Source: Firmicutes bacterium ADurb.Bin080
GTDB taxonomy: Bacteria; Bacillota; Clostridia; Christensenellales; DTU072
Assembly: GCA_002070965.1 (NCBI GenBank)
Contig: MWEH01000193.1
Location: 245-64,244, forward strand
Length of the DNA stretch: 64,000 nt
Direction: 5' to 3'
Below the pieces are notes generated by a model that saw only the letters and a program-made list of their open reading frames with translations, was not told the origin of the DNA and did no database searches. Made by a program: the position numbers and the translations under genes. Below are positions 10,205-21,100 of this stretch, piece after piece (the first letter of the stretch is position 1; the number at the start of each line of letters is the position of its first letter).

Positions 10205-11176
10205 ATGAGTTTTATTTCAGAAGCCAGAAAAGAAATGATAGAATTAATTTCCTCTGAAAAATGCTGCGTTAAAGCTTTTCTGTTTGGAGTATATAAAGGT
10301 TCCGGATATATTGCTTTAAGGAAAAATCAATGGTGGTTAGGATTTAGATTTACCGACGAAGAGCTTTTAAACAAGTGTTTCGATCTTATTCACAGTATAA
10401 CCGATATTGAGCCTACAATAACTGGTGAAACGGGTTTCGGTGGAAGAAATACCTTTCAATCCTTCATTCTTGAATTAGACTGTTTACAGTCAAAGATTAT
10501 TGCTGAACTTCTTTCTATCGATTTTCAGGGTGTGTCCGATATTGATAAACAAATTGAAATAGACAATTTTCAATCTGAATGTTGTCGTAAAGCCCTTCTT
10601 AAAGGATTATTTCTTTCCGCAGGAACAATGTCCCTTCCAACAGATAGTAAAGATATCTCTCCCGACAAAAAATCTGGAGGTTACTATCTTGAGATAAAGG
10701 TTTACTCTGAACAATTGGCTATGGATATTGCCTGCTTGCTTAAAAGCTTTGGTATTCCCGCAAAAATTCGAAATAGAAGAATGTCTTTCTCAGTTTATTT
10801 GAAGGATTCAGAATTGATTTCAGACTTCTTGGCCGCTACTGGAGCTTATAATTCATTATTTAAACTGCAAGAGTTAATCGTCTTGCGCTCAATGAAAAAC
10901 GATACAAACCGTGGACTTAACTGCAACCTTGCTAATATTAATAGATCAATAGGAGCAGCAGCAACCCAATCGAAAGCTATTAAATTAATAATTGAGAAAA
11001 AGGGACTTGATAGTCTTGATCAGGAATTAAGACAAACCGCTTTAGCAAGACTTGATTACCCTGAATTTACCTTAGCCGAACTTGCATCTCACCTTGGTAA
11101 TGTTTCAAAAAGCTGCATTAATCATCGTTTGAGAAAGCTTATTGCATTATCTGAATCATTAATAACTGAAAAATAA
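10205..11176 (+). CDS. whiA: DNA-binding protein WhiA
   Basis: MSFISEARKEM..CCVKAFL N-terminus, degenerate LAGLIDADG-like middle and C-terminal HTH (SKSCINHRLRKL), as in WhiA. GGAG RBS. Confidence 0.85.
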   Translation: MSFISEARKEMIELISSEKCCVKAFLFGVYKGSGYIALRKNQWWLGFRFTDEELLNKCFDLIHSITDIEPTITGETGFGGRNTFQSFILELDCLQSKIIAELLSIDFQGVSDIDKQIEIDNFQSECCRKALLKGLFLSAGTMSLPTDSKDISPDKKSGGYYLEIKVYSEQLAMDIACLLKSFGIPAKIRNRRMSFSVYLKDSELISDFLAATGAYNSLFKLQELIVLRSMKNDTNRGLNCNLANINRSIGAAATQSKAIKLIIEKKGLDSLDQELRQTALARLDYPEFTLAELASHLGNVSKSCINHRLRKLIALSESLITEK

Positions 11177-11247
11177 CTTCAGAAGAAATCCAATCGTCTC
11201 TTAACAGATGATTGTGTCTTTTTTCTAATAATCCATAAGGAGAAGAA

Positions 11248-14200
11248 ATGCCTCAAAACACTTTTGTACACCTTCATGTTCATACTGAATATAGTTTGCT
11301 CGACGGAGCTGCTAATGTTAATAATCTAGTGGATAAAGCAAAAGAACTTGGAATGCCTGCAATAGCTATAACAGACCACGGAAATATGTTCGCAGCAGTA
11401 AAATTCTACAATAGATGCAAAGAAAATGGGATTCGCCCTATAATAGGTTGTGAGTGTTATCTAGTGGAAGATCACACCCAAAAAAATTACTCAAAACTTA
11501 CCAAAGAAAAAGCTGATCACTTAATTCTTTTAGTTAAAAACGATATCGGGTTTAAAAATTTAAGCAAATTGAATTCAATCGGTTATTTGGAAGGTTTATA
11601 CGGAGGAAAGCCCCGTATCGATATGAATGTTTTGAAAGGGCATTCTGAAGGATTAATATGTTTATCTGCCTGTATCTTTGGAACTATTCCAAGGCTTTTG
11701 TTAAGCGATGATTATAATGGTGCATTGAGTTTTGCAAAAGAACTGAAGAATATTTTTGGAGATGATTTTTACATTGAGATTCAAGATCATGCCCTACTTG
11801 ATGAAAAACGCGTCAACCCTCTTCTCGTAAAAATCGCTAACGAATTAGGAACAAAGTGTGTCGCAACAAATGACATCCATTATATTAATAGGGATGATGC
11901 AGAGATGCATGATGCATTACTGTGCATCCAAACTGGCACATACGTTGATGCAACCGATAGGATGAAGTTCCCAAATAATGAATTTTATCTAAAAACCTAC
12001 CAAGAAATGTCTGAACTCTTCAAATGGATTCCAGAGGCACTGGAAACAACTATTGAGATCGCCAACAAATGTGACTTTAATTTTATCTTCAATAAATATC
12101 AACTGCCAAATTACCCCTGTCCAGATGGACTAACCCCTCCCGAATATCTGGCTAAAATAACAAAAGATGGATTAAAGAAAAGATATGGAACCCAACTTTC
12201 TAGTGAACATATCGAAAGGGCTGACTCAGAACTGGAAGTCATAATACAAATGGGATTTGCAGAATACTACCTAATTGTGTGGGATTTTATATTTTGGGCA
12301 AAGAATAACGATATCCCAATTGGTCCTGGTAGAGGAAGCGGAGTAGGAAGTATTGTCGCATACTCTATTGGAATAACCGATGTTGACCCACTGAAATATC
12401 AACTTCTTTTTGAAAGATTCCTAAATAAAGATCGTACCTCTATGCCTGATTTCGATATTGACATATGTTACAGCCGAAGAGAAGAAGTCATAGATTATGT
12501 TCGAGAAAAATATGGTGATGGTCAAATTAGTCAAATAATTACTTTTGGAACGATGCAAAAAAAAGCAGCGATTAAAGATGTTGGCAGAGTTTTTCGCCTG
12601 CCAGCTCAAGATGTGGCAAAAATTACTAAACAAATACCTTTTTTCGGCCCAGAGGATAAAAAAGTTCACATACAAGATCTCCTTAACCCTTCAGGGAAAA
12701 ATAAGGTTGATTCTTTAATCGAACTATATAACAGTAATGAAGTATATAGAAAAGTTCTTGAAATCGCGATGAAGGTTGAAGGAGCGCCTAGAAACACATC
12801 CGTTCATGCCGCAGGAGTAGTCATTTTCAAGAACCCTGCCATTGAAACCATCCCTTTAGCAAAAAGCTCTGATGGAAAGACAACAACTCAATTTGATATG
12901 GTGGAAGTAGAAAAATTAGGTCTTTTAAAAATGGATTTTCTCGCCCTTATGACATTAACTGACATTAAGCTTGCTCACGATTCAGTTAAACGTAATACTG
13001 GAACGGACATTGACTTCAATGTGCTAGGATACGATGATCCTAATGTGTACGATATGATCACAAAAGGTTACACTGATGCGGTTTTCCAACTGGAAAATGC
13101 AGGGATGCGAAGGTTTCTTATGAACATGAAACCAAGAAATCTTGAAGATATTATTGCAGGTATTTCAATCCATAGGCCCGGGCCAATGGATAATGAAGAA
13201 GAATTCTTGAAGAATCGAATGAATCCTGAATTGATTAAATACAAGCATCCAAAACTTGAACCTATTCTATTCGGAACAAGTGGCATAATGATTTATCAGG
13301 AACAAGCGATGACCGTAGCGAGAGAGCTAGCAGGATACTCTCTTACTCAAGCTGACATACTTCGATCAATTTTTAGTAAGAAAAAAATGGATAAAATGCA
13401 AATCGAAAAACAGATGTTTATTCACGGCTTACGGGATAAGGATAACAAGCTACTTCTAGACAACAATGGAATAATAAAAACACCTGGTTGCGTTGAAAAC
13501 GGTATATCTGAATCTGTTGCAGATGAGATATTTGAAGATATGAAAAAATTTGCAAACTACGCTTTTAATAAATCACATGCTGCCGCCTATGCAGTCCTTG
13601 CATATATAACCGCTTACTATAAAAATTACTATCCAATTGATTTTATGGCCGCAGTAATTAATAACAGAATAGACAAGCCAGATGATATAAAAAAATACCT
13701 CCAAGTCTTAAAAAATATGGATATATCTGTTCTACCACCTGATGTAAATCTATCAGAAGCTGAGTTCATTCCTGAAAAAAAATCTATTCGATATGGTTTA
13801 GGCTGCATAAAGAATGTATCCATGCAGGCTGCCAAAGATTATATAATCAAAGAGCGACTTGCAGGAGGAAAATTCAAATCTATACATGATTTCATTAAGA
13901 GAATAGATACTAAGTTTTGCAATAAAAGTGCTATAGAGAGTTTGATTCTTGCTGGAGCATTTGATTCATTTGGAGAGACAAGAGCGACACTAATTAATAA
14001 TTATGAAAACATAATATCAAATGTGGAAATGGAAAGGAAATCGGCTGAAACCGGTCAGCAAAATATTTTCAGTCTTCTTGGGGAAAGTTTAGAAACTTCT
14101 TTTCAACTTCAAAGGATAAAAGAATATGCGACAAAATATAAACTTTCAAAGGAAAAAGAGATGTTAAAAATGTATATATCTGGACATCCTCTTTCTGGAT

Positions 14201-14862
14201 ACGAGCGCTATTTCTCTGATTTTAATTTTAATTCCTCTATGATTCCTTCGAGCACCGAGGATAATAATAATTTTGACTCAGAAGAAGAGGAAACTCTTTC
14301 TGCAGCTGAAAACAAACTACATGATGGAATGACTGTATACACTGGAGGAATAATTGCTTCTATTACAAAAAAACGTACTAAAGACGGAAACAATATTGCG
14401 ATTTTGGATATTGAAGACCTCTATGACAGATTCAGAGTAATAGCAATGCCAAGAACCTTATCTGGTTGTGCAAACATACTTGAGGAAGAAAAAATTGTGC
14501 AAATAAAAGGGACTATTTCATACAAAGATGATGAGGTGAAAATTTACGCAAATAAAATTACAGCATGGGATCTTCAAACTGAAACCGAAGATAATACAGA
14601 ATGCGAACCCGATGAAGACAAGGCAATATATTTTCATATTACAGAAGATGATATAGGAAAGTATGACCGGATTATTGATGTATTAAAAATCTATCCAGGA
14701 AAAATTCCCGTTTATATGCAATATCAAAATCAAATTTTTAAGGTTGAAGTTGAAGTAGGAAAAATTGTCGAGGCTGAAGAATCAATAAAGAAGATTATTG
14801 GCCCTGGGAAAGTAAAGGTTAAACAAAGAATTAATGAGTACTTCCGAGAGAAACCTATATGA
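11248..14862 (+). CDS. dnaE: DNA polymerase III alpha subunit (DnaE type)
   Basis: PHP domain HLHVHTEYSLLDGA, polymerase core (PDFDIDF-like MPDFDIDICY), HhH and OB-fold regions. 1204 aa. AAGGAGAAG RBS. Confidence 0.95.
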   Translation: MPQNTFVHLHVHTEYSLLDGAANVNNLVDKAKELGMPAIAITDHGNMFAAVKFYNRCKENGIRPIIGCECYLVEDHTQKNYSKLTKEKADHLILLVKNDIGFKNLSKLNSIGYLEGLYGGKPRIDMNVLKGHSEGLICLSACIFGTIPRLLLSDDYNGALSFAKELKNIFGDDFYIEIQDHALLDEKRVNPLLVKIANELGTKCVATNDIHYINRDDAEMHDALLCIQTGTYVDATDRMKFPNNEFYLKTYQEMSELFKWIPEALETTIEIANKCDFNFIFNKYQLPNYPCPDGLTPPEYLAKITKDGLKKRYGTQLSSEHIERADSELEVIIQMGFAEYYLIVWDFIFWAKNNDIPIGPGRGSGVGSIVAYSIGITDVDPLKYQLLFERFLNKDRTSMPDFDIDICYSRREEVIDYVREKYGDGQISQIITFGTMQKKAAIKDVGRVFRLPAQDVAKITKQIPFFGPEDKKVHIQDLLNPSGKNKVDSLIELYNSNEVYRKVLEIAMKVEGAPRNTSVHAAGVVIFKNPAIETIPLAKSSDGKTTTQFDMVEVEKLGLLKMDFLALMTLTDIKLAHDSVKRNTGTDIDFNVLGYDDPNVYDMITKGYTDAVFQLENAGMRRFLMNMKPRNLEDIIAGISIHRPGPMDNEEEFLKNRMNPELIKYKHPKLEPILFGTSGIMIYQEQAMTVARELAGYSLTQADILRSIFSKKKMDKMQIEKQMFIHGLRDKDNKLLLDNNGIIKTPGCVENGISESVADEIFEDMKKFANYAFNKSHAAAYAVLAYITAYYKNYYPIDFMAAVINNRIDKPDDIKKYLQVLKNMDISVLPPDVNLSEAEFIPEKKSIRYGLGCIKNVSMQAAKDYIIKERLAGGKFKSIHDFIKRIDTKFCNKSAIESLILAGAFDSFGETRATLINNYENIISNVEMERKSAETGQQNIFSLLGESLETSFQLQRIKEYATKYKLSKEKEMLKMYISGHPLSGYERYFSDFNFNSSMIPSSTEDNNNFDSEEEETLSAAENKLHDGMTVYTGGIIASITKKRTKDGNNIAILDIEDLYDRFRVIAMPRTLSGCANILEEEKIVQIKGTISYKDDEVKIYANKITAWDLQTETEDNTECEPDEDKAIYFHITEDDIGKYDRIIDVLKIYPGKIPVYMQYQNQIFKVEVEVGKIVEAEESIKKIIGPGKVKVKQRINEYFREKPI

Positions 14863-14961
14863 TTTTCACTAAATATCCTTATAGCCTTGTGCAGAATATA
14901 TGATTCAACCATCGTAAAAGCTAATTTAACGCATAATCAATAGATGTATTTATCCTTATTG

Positions 14962-14991
14962 GGGCTCTTAAAACAAACATTTTAGGAGCCC
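14962..14991. terminator. Strong hairpin between convergent dnaE and the HAD gene
   Basis: 12-bp stem GGGCTCTTAAAA/TTTTAGGAGCCC (one G-U pair) with a 6-nt loop. There is no clean U-tract on either side, so efficiency is uncertain. Confidence 0.55.
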
Positions 14992-14997
14992 TAATGT

Positions 14998-15804
14998 TTA
15001 TATACAGTAATTATTAATTAAGTAGGATAAGCCCCCTTGGTTACAGGATGGAACAATAAGAGATGCCGCTTTTTTGGCGATTTCCAATCCATTATCGACG
15101 CAGACCCCCAGCCCGGCGAATTCTATCATCGGTACATCACTTAAGGAGTCCCCGATACAAACAGTCTCTTCTCTAGATATTCTCAATCTTCCACAAAGAT
15201 CCCTAACCGCTGTTCCTTTATCTACTCTTTTATCTACTATTTCTATAAGATGTTTTTTAGAAGTATTAACATTGACTAATTTCCCGAACAAAAAATTATA
15301 ATCTTTTAAGTATTTTTCACTCTCTTTGGGGTCAATTCTTAACATTATTTTTAAAGGGTTTACATGATTTGTTTTTACAAAATGACTTAAGTACATGTTT
15401 GTGACATTCATTTTTATCCCAGTAAACCGTTCGTAATCCCTTGCTTGCGGACAATCTTTTTCGACATAAAAATTTCCCGAATCATACAATTGATAGTACT
15501 CGCCTGTTTTATCAATGTATTCGCAAATGTATAAAGCAATTTCTTCGGGAATGCTATTTTGAAACAATACTTTTCCTGTTTCAATATCAGCAACTTCAGC
15601 TCCTTGATAGCCCATTATCTCCCCTTTCAGATCTAATTCCCTTGCATACTTAATTATGCTTTCAGTCATTCTCCCAGTACAGAAAGTAAAAATACCTCCG
15701 CTTTTCACATATTGATGAATCGAATCCTTTACCTGAATAGGGATAATTAAGCTATCATCCACTGTAGTATCATCAAAATCTGCTACTAAAAGTTTATACT
15801 TCAT
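14998..15804 (-). CDS. Cof-type HAD-IIB family hydrolase (sugar-phosphate phosphatase-like)
   Basis: DxDxT motif (VADFDDTTV), TGR motif (FCTGRM), C-terminal GDSLSD motif. 268 aa. Confidence 0.85.
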   Translation of the reverse strand: MKYKLLVADFDDTTVDDSLIIPIQVKDSIHQYVKSGGIFTFCTGRMTESIIKYARELDLKGEIMGYQGAEVADIETGKVLFQNSIPEEIALYICEYIDKTGEYYQLYDSGNFYVEKDCPQARDYERFTGIKMNVTNMYLSHFVKTNHVNPLKIMLRIDPKESEKYLKDYNFLFGKLVNVNTSKKHLIEIVDKRVDKGTAVRDLCGRLRISREETVCIGDSLSDVPMIEFAGLGVCVDNGLEIAKKAASLIVPSCNQGGLSYLINNYCI

Positions 15805-15850
15805 TTGAGATTCCTTTTAACAATTAATATTCTATTTTCTCTACTGAAAA

Positions 15851-17665
15851 TCAATCCTGATCCCTAAGTTGCGAGAAATGTAAAAGTATAGCTTTTGCAT
15901 CTCTTTCGCCAATTCCCTTTACTTCTGTAAGTTCCTTTAAACTTGCAGATATGATTTTTTCGTAAGTTTTAAAATGATTGTACAATGCATTAGCCTTAAC
16001 ATCGCCAATTCCAGCTATTTTCTTAATATCAGACTCCAACATCTTGTTTGAACGTATTCTTCTGTGATAATTAACGGCAAATCTATGAGCCTCGTCTCTT
16101 ATTCTTTGACAAAGTTTCAGTGCTAAATCATCCTTGCTAAGAATAACTGGATTTTTCTGACCTGGCAAAAATATCTCCTCGTTTTTCTCTGCCAATCCTA
16201 TTAGTGGGACCCCTTCGTTTTCAAGTATGTCGGATACACATGAGACCTGCCCCTTTCCTCCATCTACAATCACCAAATTTGGTTTTTCTTGGAAACTATC
16301 CTCTTCTCCTTTATGATACTCTGCAAACCTTCTTAGAATAGTTTCACGCATTGAAGCATAATCATTGCTTCCTTGAACAGTTTTTATTCTAAACATCCTA
16401 TATAGTTTCCTTTCCGGCTCTCCATTAACAAAAACAACCATACTTGAGACTATATTAACGCCACTAATATTCGAAATGTCAAAACACTCTATCCTTCTTA
16501 AGACCCCCTTTATTCCTAATATTTCTGAAAGTCTTTCTGCGGCTCCGACAGTCATAGCATTCTTATTTTCAATCTGAGTTACATTTTTTTCCAAATATTC
16601 CTTAGCATTATTTAAGGACATTTCGAGTAAATCTCTCTTCATGCCCCTTTTTGGATTTAATACAGTAATCTTTTTCCCGGCTTTATTGGAAAGGTATTCT
16701 TCTAAATCTTTTGAAAAGGATAGATCATCCTGTAAATAAATCTCGGATGCGATTAAAGGGTTATATTCATAGTGTTGCATTATAAAACTATCAATGATTT
16801 CCTGAGGTTCTCCAATTTCATTGATTCCATGATTAATTGAGCCTGAAAGTCTGCCCCCTCTAATTACCATTTGATTAATTGTCCCGTAAACACCATTTGA
16901 TGCGTAAGAAAAAATATCCGCATTAACGTCAGATGGAATATTTATCGATTGTTTTCTTTCGATTTTTTCTATTAGCTTTAAAAAATCTCTATATCTTATG
17001 GCGAGCTCAAATTGTTCTTTTTCTATTGCTTTTTTCAGTTTTTCTTCTATTATTAATCTAACTTTTTTGTTTTCTCCGGACAAAAAATTAATTATGTCGT
17101 CAATCATTTCCTTATATTGTTCTTGAGATATTTTCCCTGAACAAGGGGAAGTGCATCGTCCTAAATGGTACTCAAGACATGGTTTTTTGTTATTCTTACT
17201 AATACTATTCATGCAATATCTTACAGGAAAAACCTCATGTATCAGGTCTAATATGGCAGAAGCAGAAATCCCCAACATATATGGGCCAAAATATCTACCT
17301 GTTTTCTTTATTTTTCTCACTACCTCAATAGAAGGAAAGTCTAATTTTATATCAACTTTTATGTATGGATAGGTTTTATCATCTTTCAGGAGAATATTGT
17401 AATATGGTTTATGCAACTTTATTAGATTATTTTCAAGAATCAGAGCTTCTAGTTCAGAGTTGGTAACAATATACTCAAAATCATATATTCTCGACACCAA
17501 AGACTCGGTTTTAGGATTTTTAGAGTTCCCTTGAAAATATTGTCGCACTCGATTTTTTAAATTCTTTGCCTTGCCCACATAAATAATATTGTGGGCATAA
17601 TCTAGCATTATATATACTCCACTTTTTTCGGGCAATAAACTTAGTTTTTCTAAAATTTTGTTCAT
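15851..17665 (-). CDS. uvrC: Excinuclease ABC subunit C
   Basis: GIY-YIG N-terminus (GVYIMLD..IIYVGKAKNLKNRVRQYF), UVR domain, Endo V-like domain, C-terminal (HhH)2. Confidence 0.95.
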   Translation of the reverse strand: MNKILEKLSLLPEKSGVYIMLDYAHNIIYVGKAKNLKNRVRQYFQGNSKNPKTESLVSRIYDFEYIVTNSELEALILENNLIKLHKPYYNILLKDDKTYPYIKVDIKLDFPSIEVVRKIKKTGRYFGPYMLGISASAILDLIHEVFPVRYCMNSISKNNKKPCLEYHLGRCTSPCSGKISQEQYKEMIDDIINFLSGENKKVRLIIEEKLKKAIEKEQFELAIRYRDFLKLIEKIERKQSINIPSDVNADIFSYASNGVYGTINQMVIRGGRLSGSINHGINEIGEPQEIIDSFIMQHYEYNPLIASEIYLQDDLSFSKDLEEYLSNKAGKKITVLNPKRGMKRDLLEMSLNNAKEYLEKNVTQIENKNAMTVGAAERLSEILGIKGVLRRIECFDISNISGVNIVSSMVVFVNGEPERKLYRMFRIKTVQGSNDYASMRETILRRFAEYHKGEEDSFQEKPNLVIVDGGKGQVSCVSDILENEGVPLIGLAEKNEEIFLPGQKNPVILSKDDLALKLCQRIRDEAHRFAVNYHRRIRSNKMLESDIKKIAGIGDVKANALYNHFKTYEKIISASLKELTEVKGIGERDAKAILLHFSQLRDQD

Positions 17666-17814
17666 TACTATATATTATATTTTCCCTTACTAAGTGTCAA
17701 ACTCAAGCACTTGAAATCGAATTTCTGCCAGTATATTTAAATTAATTCTTTCCTAAATGATACAACTGATAAATATAATTTGATTGGTTTTATAAATTGG
17801 AAATAGATTGCATC

Positions 17815-17884
17815 TTTGTAAATCAACTTTGACATTTTGCAGAAATTTGCTATAAATTGCCTATTTGTAAAACAACTTTGACAT
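17815..17884 (+). repeat. Two 21-nt direct repeats, each containing TTGACA
   Basis: tttgtaaatcaactttgacat (17815-17835) and tttgtaaaacaactttgacat (17864-17884), 20/21 identical, 49-nt period. Copy 1 is followed after 16 nt by TATAAA (17851-17856). Confidence 0.8.
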
Positions 17885-17929
17885 ATACATAACAGTCTCT
17901 CCACAATACTGTATCTGAAAGCAATTTGC

Positions 17930-17958
17930 TTGCCAGCTTTTTCTCATCATGATATACT
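17930..17958 (+). promoter_or_regulatory. Putative sigma-70-type promoter of tRNA-Glu
   Basis: TTGCCA (17930-17935), 17 nt, TATACT (17953-17958), 17 nt upstream of the mature tRNA 5' end. Confidence 0.5.
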
Positions 17959-17975
17959 AATTTAGCGTAAAATAC

Positions 17976-18050
17976 GCCCTCATAGTCTAAGGGTTAGGAC
18001 GCTGGCCTCTCACGCCGGTAATAGGGGTTCGAATCCCCTTGGGGGTACCA
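17976..18050 (+). tRNA. tRNA-Glu (anticodon CUC), CCA encoded
   Basis: Hand-folded cloverleaf. Acceptor GCCCTCA/TGGGGGT (two G-U pairs). D arm GTCT..GGAC. Anticodon arm CTGGC-CTCTCAC-GCCGG. T arm AGGGG-TTCGAAT-CCCCT. Discriminator A, then CCA. Confidence 0.9.
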
Positions 18051-18054
18051 AAAC

Positions 18055-18084
18055 AAAAACCAGCGATTAGCTGGTTTTTTGTTT
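18055..18084. terminator. Bidirectional rho-independent terminator (tRNA-Glu / giant gene)
   Basis: AAAAACCAGC-gatta-GCTGGTTTTT hairpin flanked by A-run and T-run. It lies between the tRNA 3' end and the stop of the 3945-aa gene (18111). Confidence 0.8.
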
Positions 18085-18110
18085 GCACAGATTTTCCACT
18101 AAATAAATCC

Positions 18111-21100
18111 CTATATTGCGGGTATTCCATTATCAACTACATCCAAATACTCTGAATTAGTTGTCCCAAAATGAGAAGAGTAGTCATGTAAGGTTATATC
18201 TGAATCAATAAACACTAACTCTCCGAGATTATAGCAATTAAAGAATTGAGAGTAATCAGCATAAGCACTTTCAGTCCCAGCTCCTTGATAGGTTGTTCCA
18301 TATGTAATGTCATTGTTTGTTCTATACCAGGCCTCACCTGACTCGTAATACGGGAAGAAAACCTCTTGTGCGGGCATATTATCTATGAATACCAAAGCTT
18401 TTCCATAATGAATCGGAAGCCCTGAGCTATTTGAATCAGTAAGGGCTAGGGAGCCAGCCATTACATTGTAACTTGTCGATGAGTCAGTAGAATACCTTAA
18501 TCTATCAAATTCAACTCTTATATTGTGCTTCACGGATGAGTCTAATAACCCTGCCAAAGGAACAGACAAAGGTTGTTCCAAGTAATCCATACCCTCATAA
18601 TAGAAGACAAAATTAAGTTCACCGGCAACATCATCGTAAACCAATTTCATTCCCTTGTTGTACTTGTTATCATATCCCACCCCTATTGGAGTATTCCCTA
18701 CTATATGCCATACCCACCCAGGTGTAGTTCCAAGAGAATTGCTTGTATAACTAATGGCTGTATTCTCAAATCTAGAAATAAGCTGATTTTCGTATCCATC
18801 AGATAGCATAACTGATATCTCATCTCCTAACGCATTGAGAGAGTTACCCTGTCTTACATCTTTCTGTTGGTAAGAACCATCTACCAAGTAATCTACGTTG
18901 CTAGATGAGTTTTTGTTGATTGAAACATCATAAAGCGTGTTTCTAAATACTTTCGACGCACCTATGCTTATACCATTGGACTGGCCAGTAGCCTGGGTCA
19001 ACCAAATCGGGCTCAAAATGTCATAGTTTGGATCGGATAAAGTAACGGTAGTACTTGCGTTATCAATAACATATTCCGTATCTACATATTGATCAAATAC
19101 TTTTACTCCGTTTCTAAGAATCCTTATATAAAGCCCCCCATCCCCGACTCTTCTATCATAGCCTAAACTCTCATAATTATTTATATCATCTCTATCAAGA
19201 TAGAAGCCAAAGGTATATATTGCGCCATCATCAAAATCAAACGTTGACAATTCGTTAAAAGGAACTGTTATCTGCTTAGGCGTGTGTTTGGAAGTAGCCA
19301 ATCTGTTTGCAACAACCAGTTTTCCACTATAGCTATATGTCGCTTGAGACGTTCTATTTTTGTTTAGAATCAAGGAAATTCCTCTTAGAGTTCCGCTTCC
19401 ATCATCAGTTGCATAAGTTGCACCATCCATGAATAAATTGAAAGAATATTTACTTTCTCCAAGATAGTATTCTTCGGTAGATGGACCTGTTTGATATTTT
19501 GCTTCTGCAAAAGACATACTAAATTCTGCAGACCTAATTAAAGGCGAATTCGGTGCTTCTGTTCCGGCTGTTGAATAATGGGAAAGAATAAATCTGCTCA
19601 TCTCTGGAGATGATGCTGCGTCCAATACATATTCGGGTTCAGTATATCCTGAGTTTGGAATATAGAACCGCATAGCCCCTCCATCTAAGGAGACTGGGGT
19701 TGACTCGGAAGATTTTGTTAGAGAATATCTGAAAGGCTCATTGTCAACCAATACATCTGCTATTTCTCTGCAAACCATTATTTCTGGGGATACTCCATCA
19801 TTATAATATACATATACCTCAACGTTATTTAACCCAGGATACAATGTAAGGTCCGAATACAATTCAATATCATCTTCATATTCAATACTTTGTTGTAAAA
19901 TACCGTTAACATAATACTCAAATCTTTGGCCTTCGATAGCAGGCATATAAGGAGAAAATACATTCCTTACATCAATCGTTGCTGATAAAACTTTGTTGTT
20001 ATTTAAAACGATATGAAGGTCATGATCCCCATTTCCAAATAGGCCCTGATCATTAATGTTGATTCGTTGAATCTTTGTTGCGTAATTATCGATATACCCC
20101 TGTCTTGCCCATGAGAAATATCTAAGATATGCATTCGTATTTTCCGTACGGAAGCCAAGCTGACTTTGTTCTGCTAACACGTGTGCGCCCGTCCCCGCCA
20201 AAGTAACGCCTATATCCTCAAGATAAACCATCTGGCTTGTTGAATAATCAAAAGACACAATTACCGAGCCCAATCTCTTGTCCAAAATAATCCTAAGATC
20301 ATGAGTAAAGCCATCAAAAGGTTTTGCATTTCTCAAATCGAGAACCAAACTTTCAATTGGATCCGGTAGAGTCCCATCATACCTAGAAATATAAGCTTTC
20401 CCAGGGGCACCTTTTAGAAATTCTAAAGTGATATACGGACCTGAAGTGAGACTCCCATTAATTAGGAAGCTTGCCTTATAATCTAAAGATTTATCAATCA
20501 CTGGTAGTCTAAATGAAGTCTCAATCCTATCATACTCGTAATTCGACAACGGGGCACCGTAAGGTCCAGATAAGTATGTACCTGGTGTAAATTCGTGGAA
20601 CAAATATGGAAGAACTCCCGATGAACCATTAAACTCTGCCTCTCCAGCTAAATTACTTTCATCATATATCCTTACCGGTACTCTAGTCTCAACATCCATA
20701 TTAGTGACTTCCAGCACGGTTGGATTGCCTATTTGCCCAGTTCCTCTTCCTTCAACTAGAGTGATTGAGGGTTGTCCGGGAGCTGTAAACTCATACGAGG
20801 AAAGAGCCTTGTACAATGGGTATGTTTGTAAATACTCGAGTTCGAGGTAATAATTCTGGTTGTTGGATACAAAAGTAGATTCATCGGGGGAAGTGAGAGT
20901 TTTTTCTAGATAATCCGATTGTCCAAACACGATAGTTTCTGGGGTAACGCTAACCGACCCAACCATAATATCAATCCTATATGCGTCAACCTTAATTAGA
21001 TCTGATATGTTGGGCTTGTTGGAATTTAGTATTACTTGATTCTTAGCCGCCCTCATTCTACCTACTTGAGTTATGATTTTATATTCCATAGGTTCGTATG

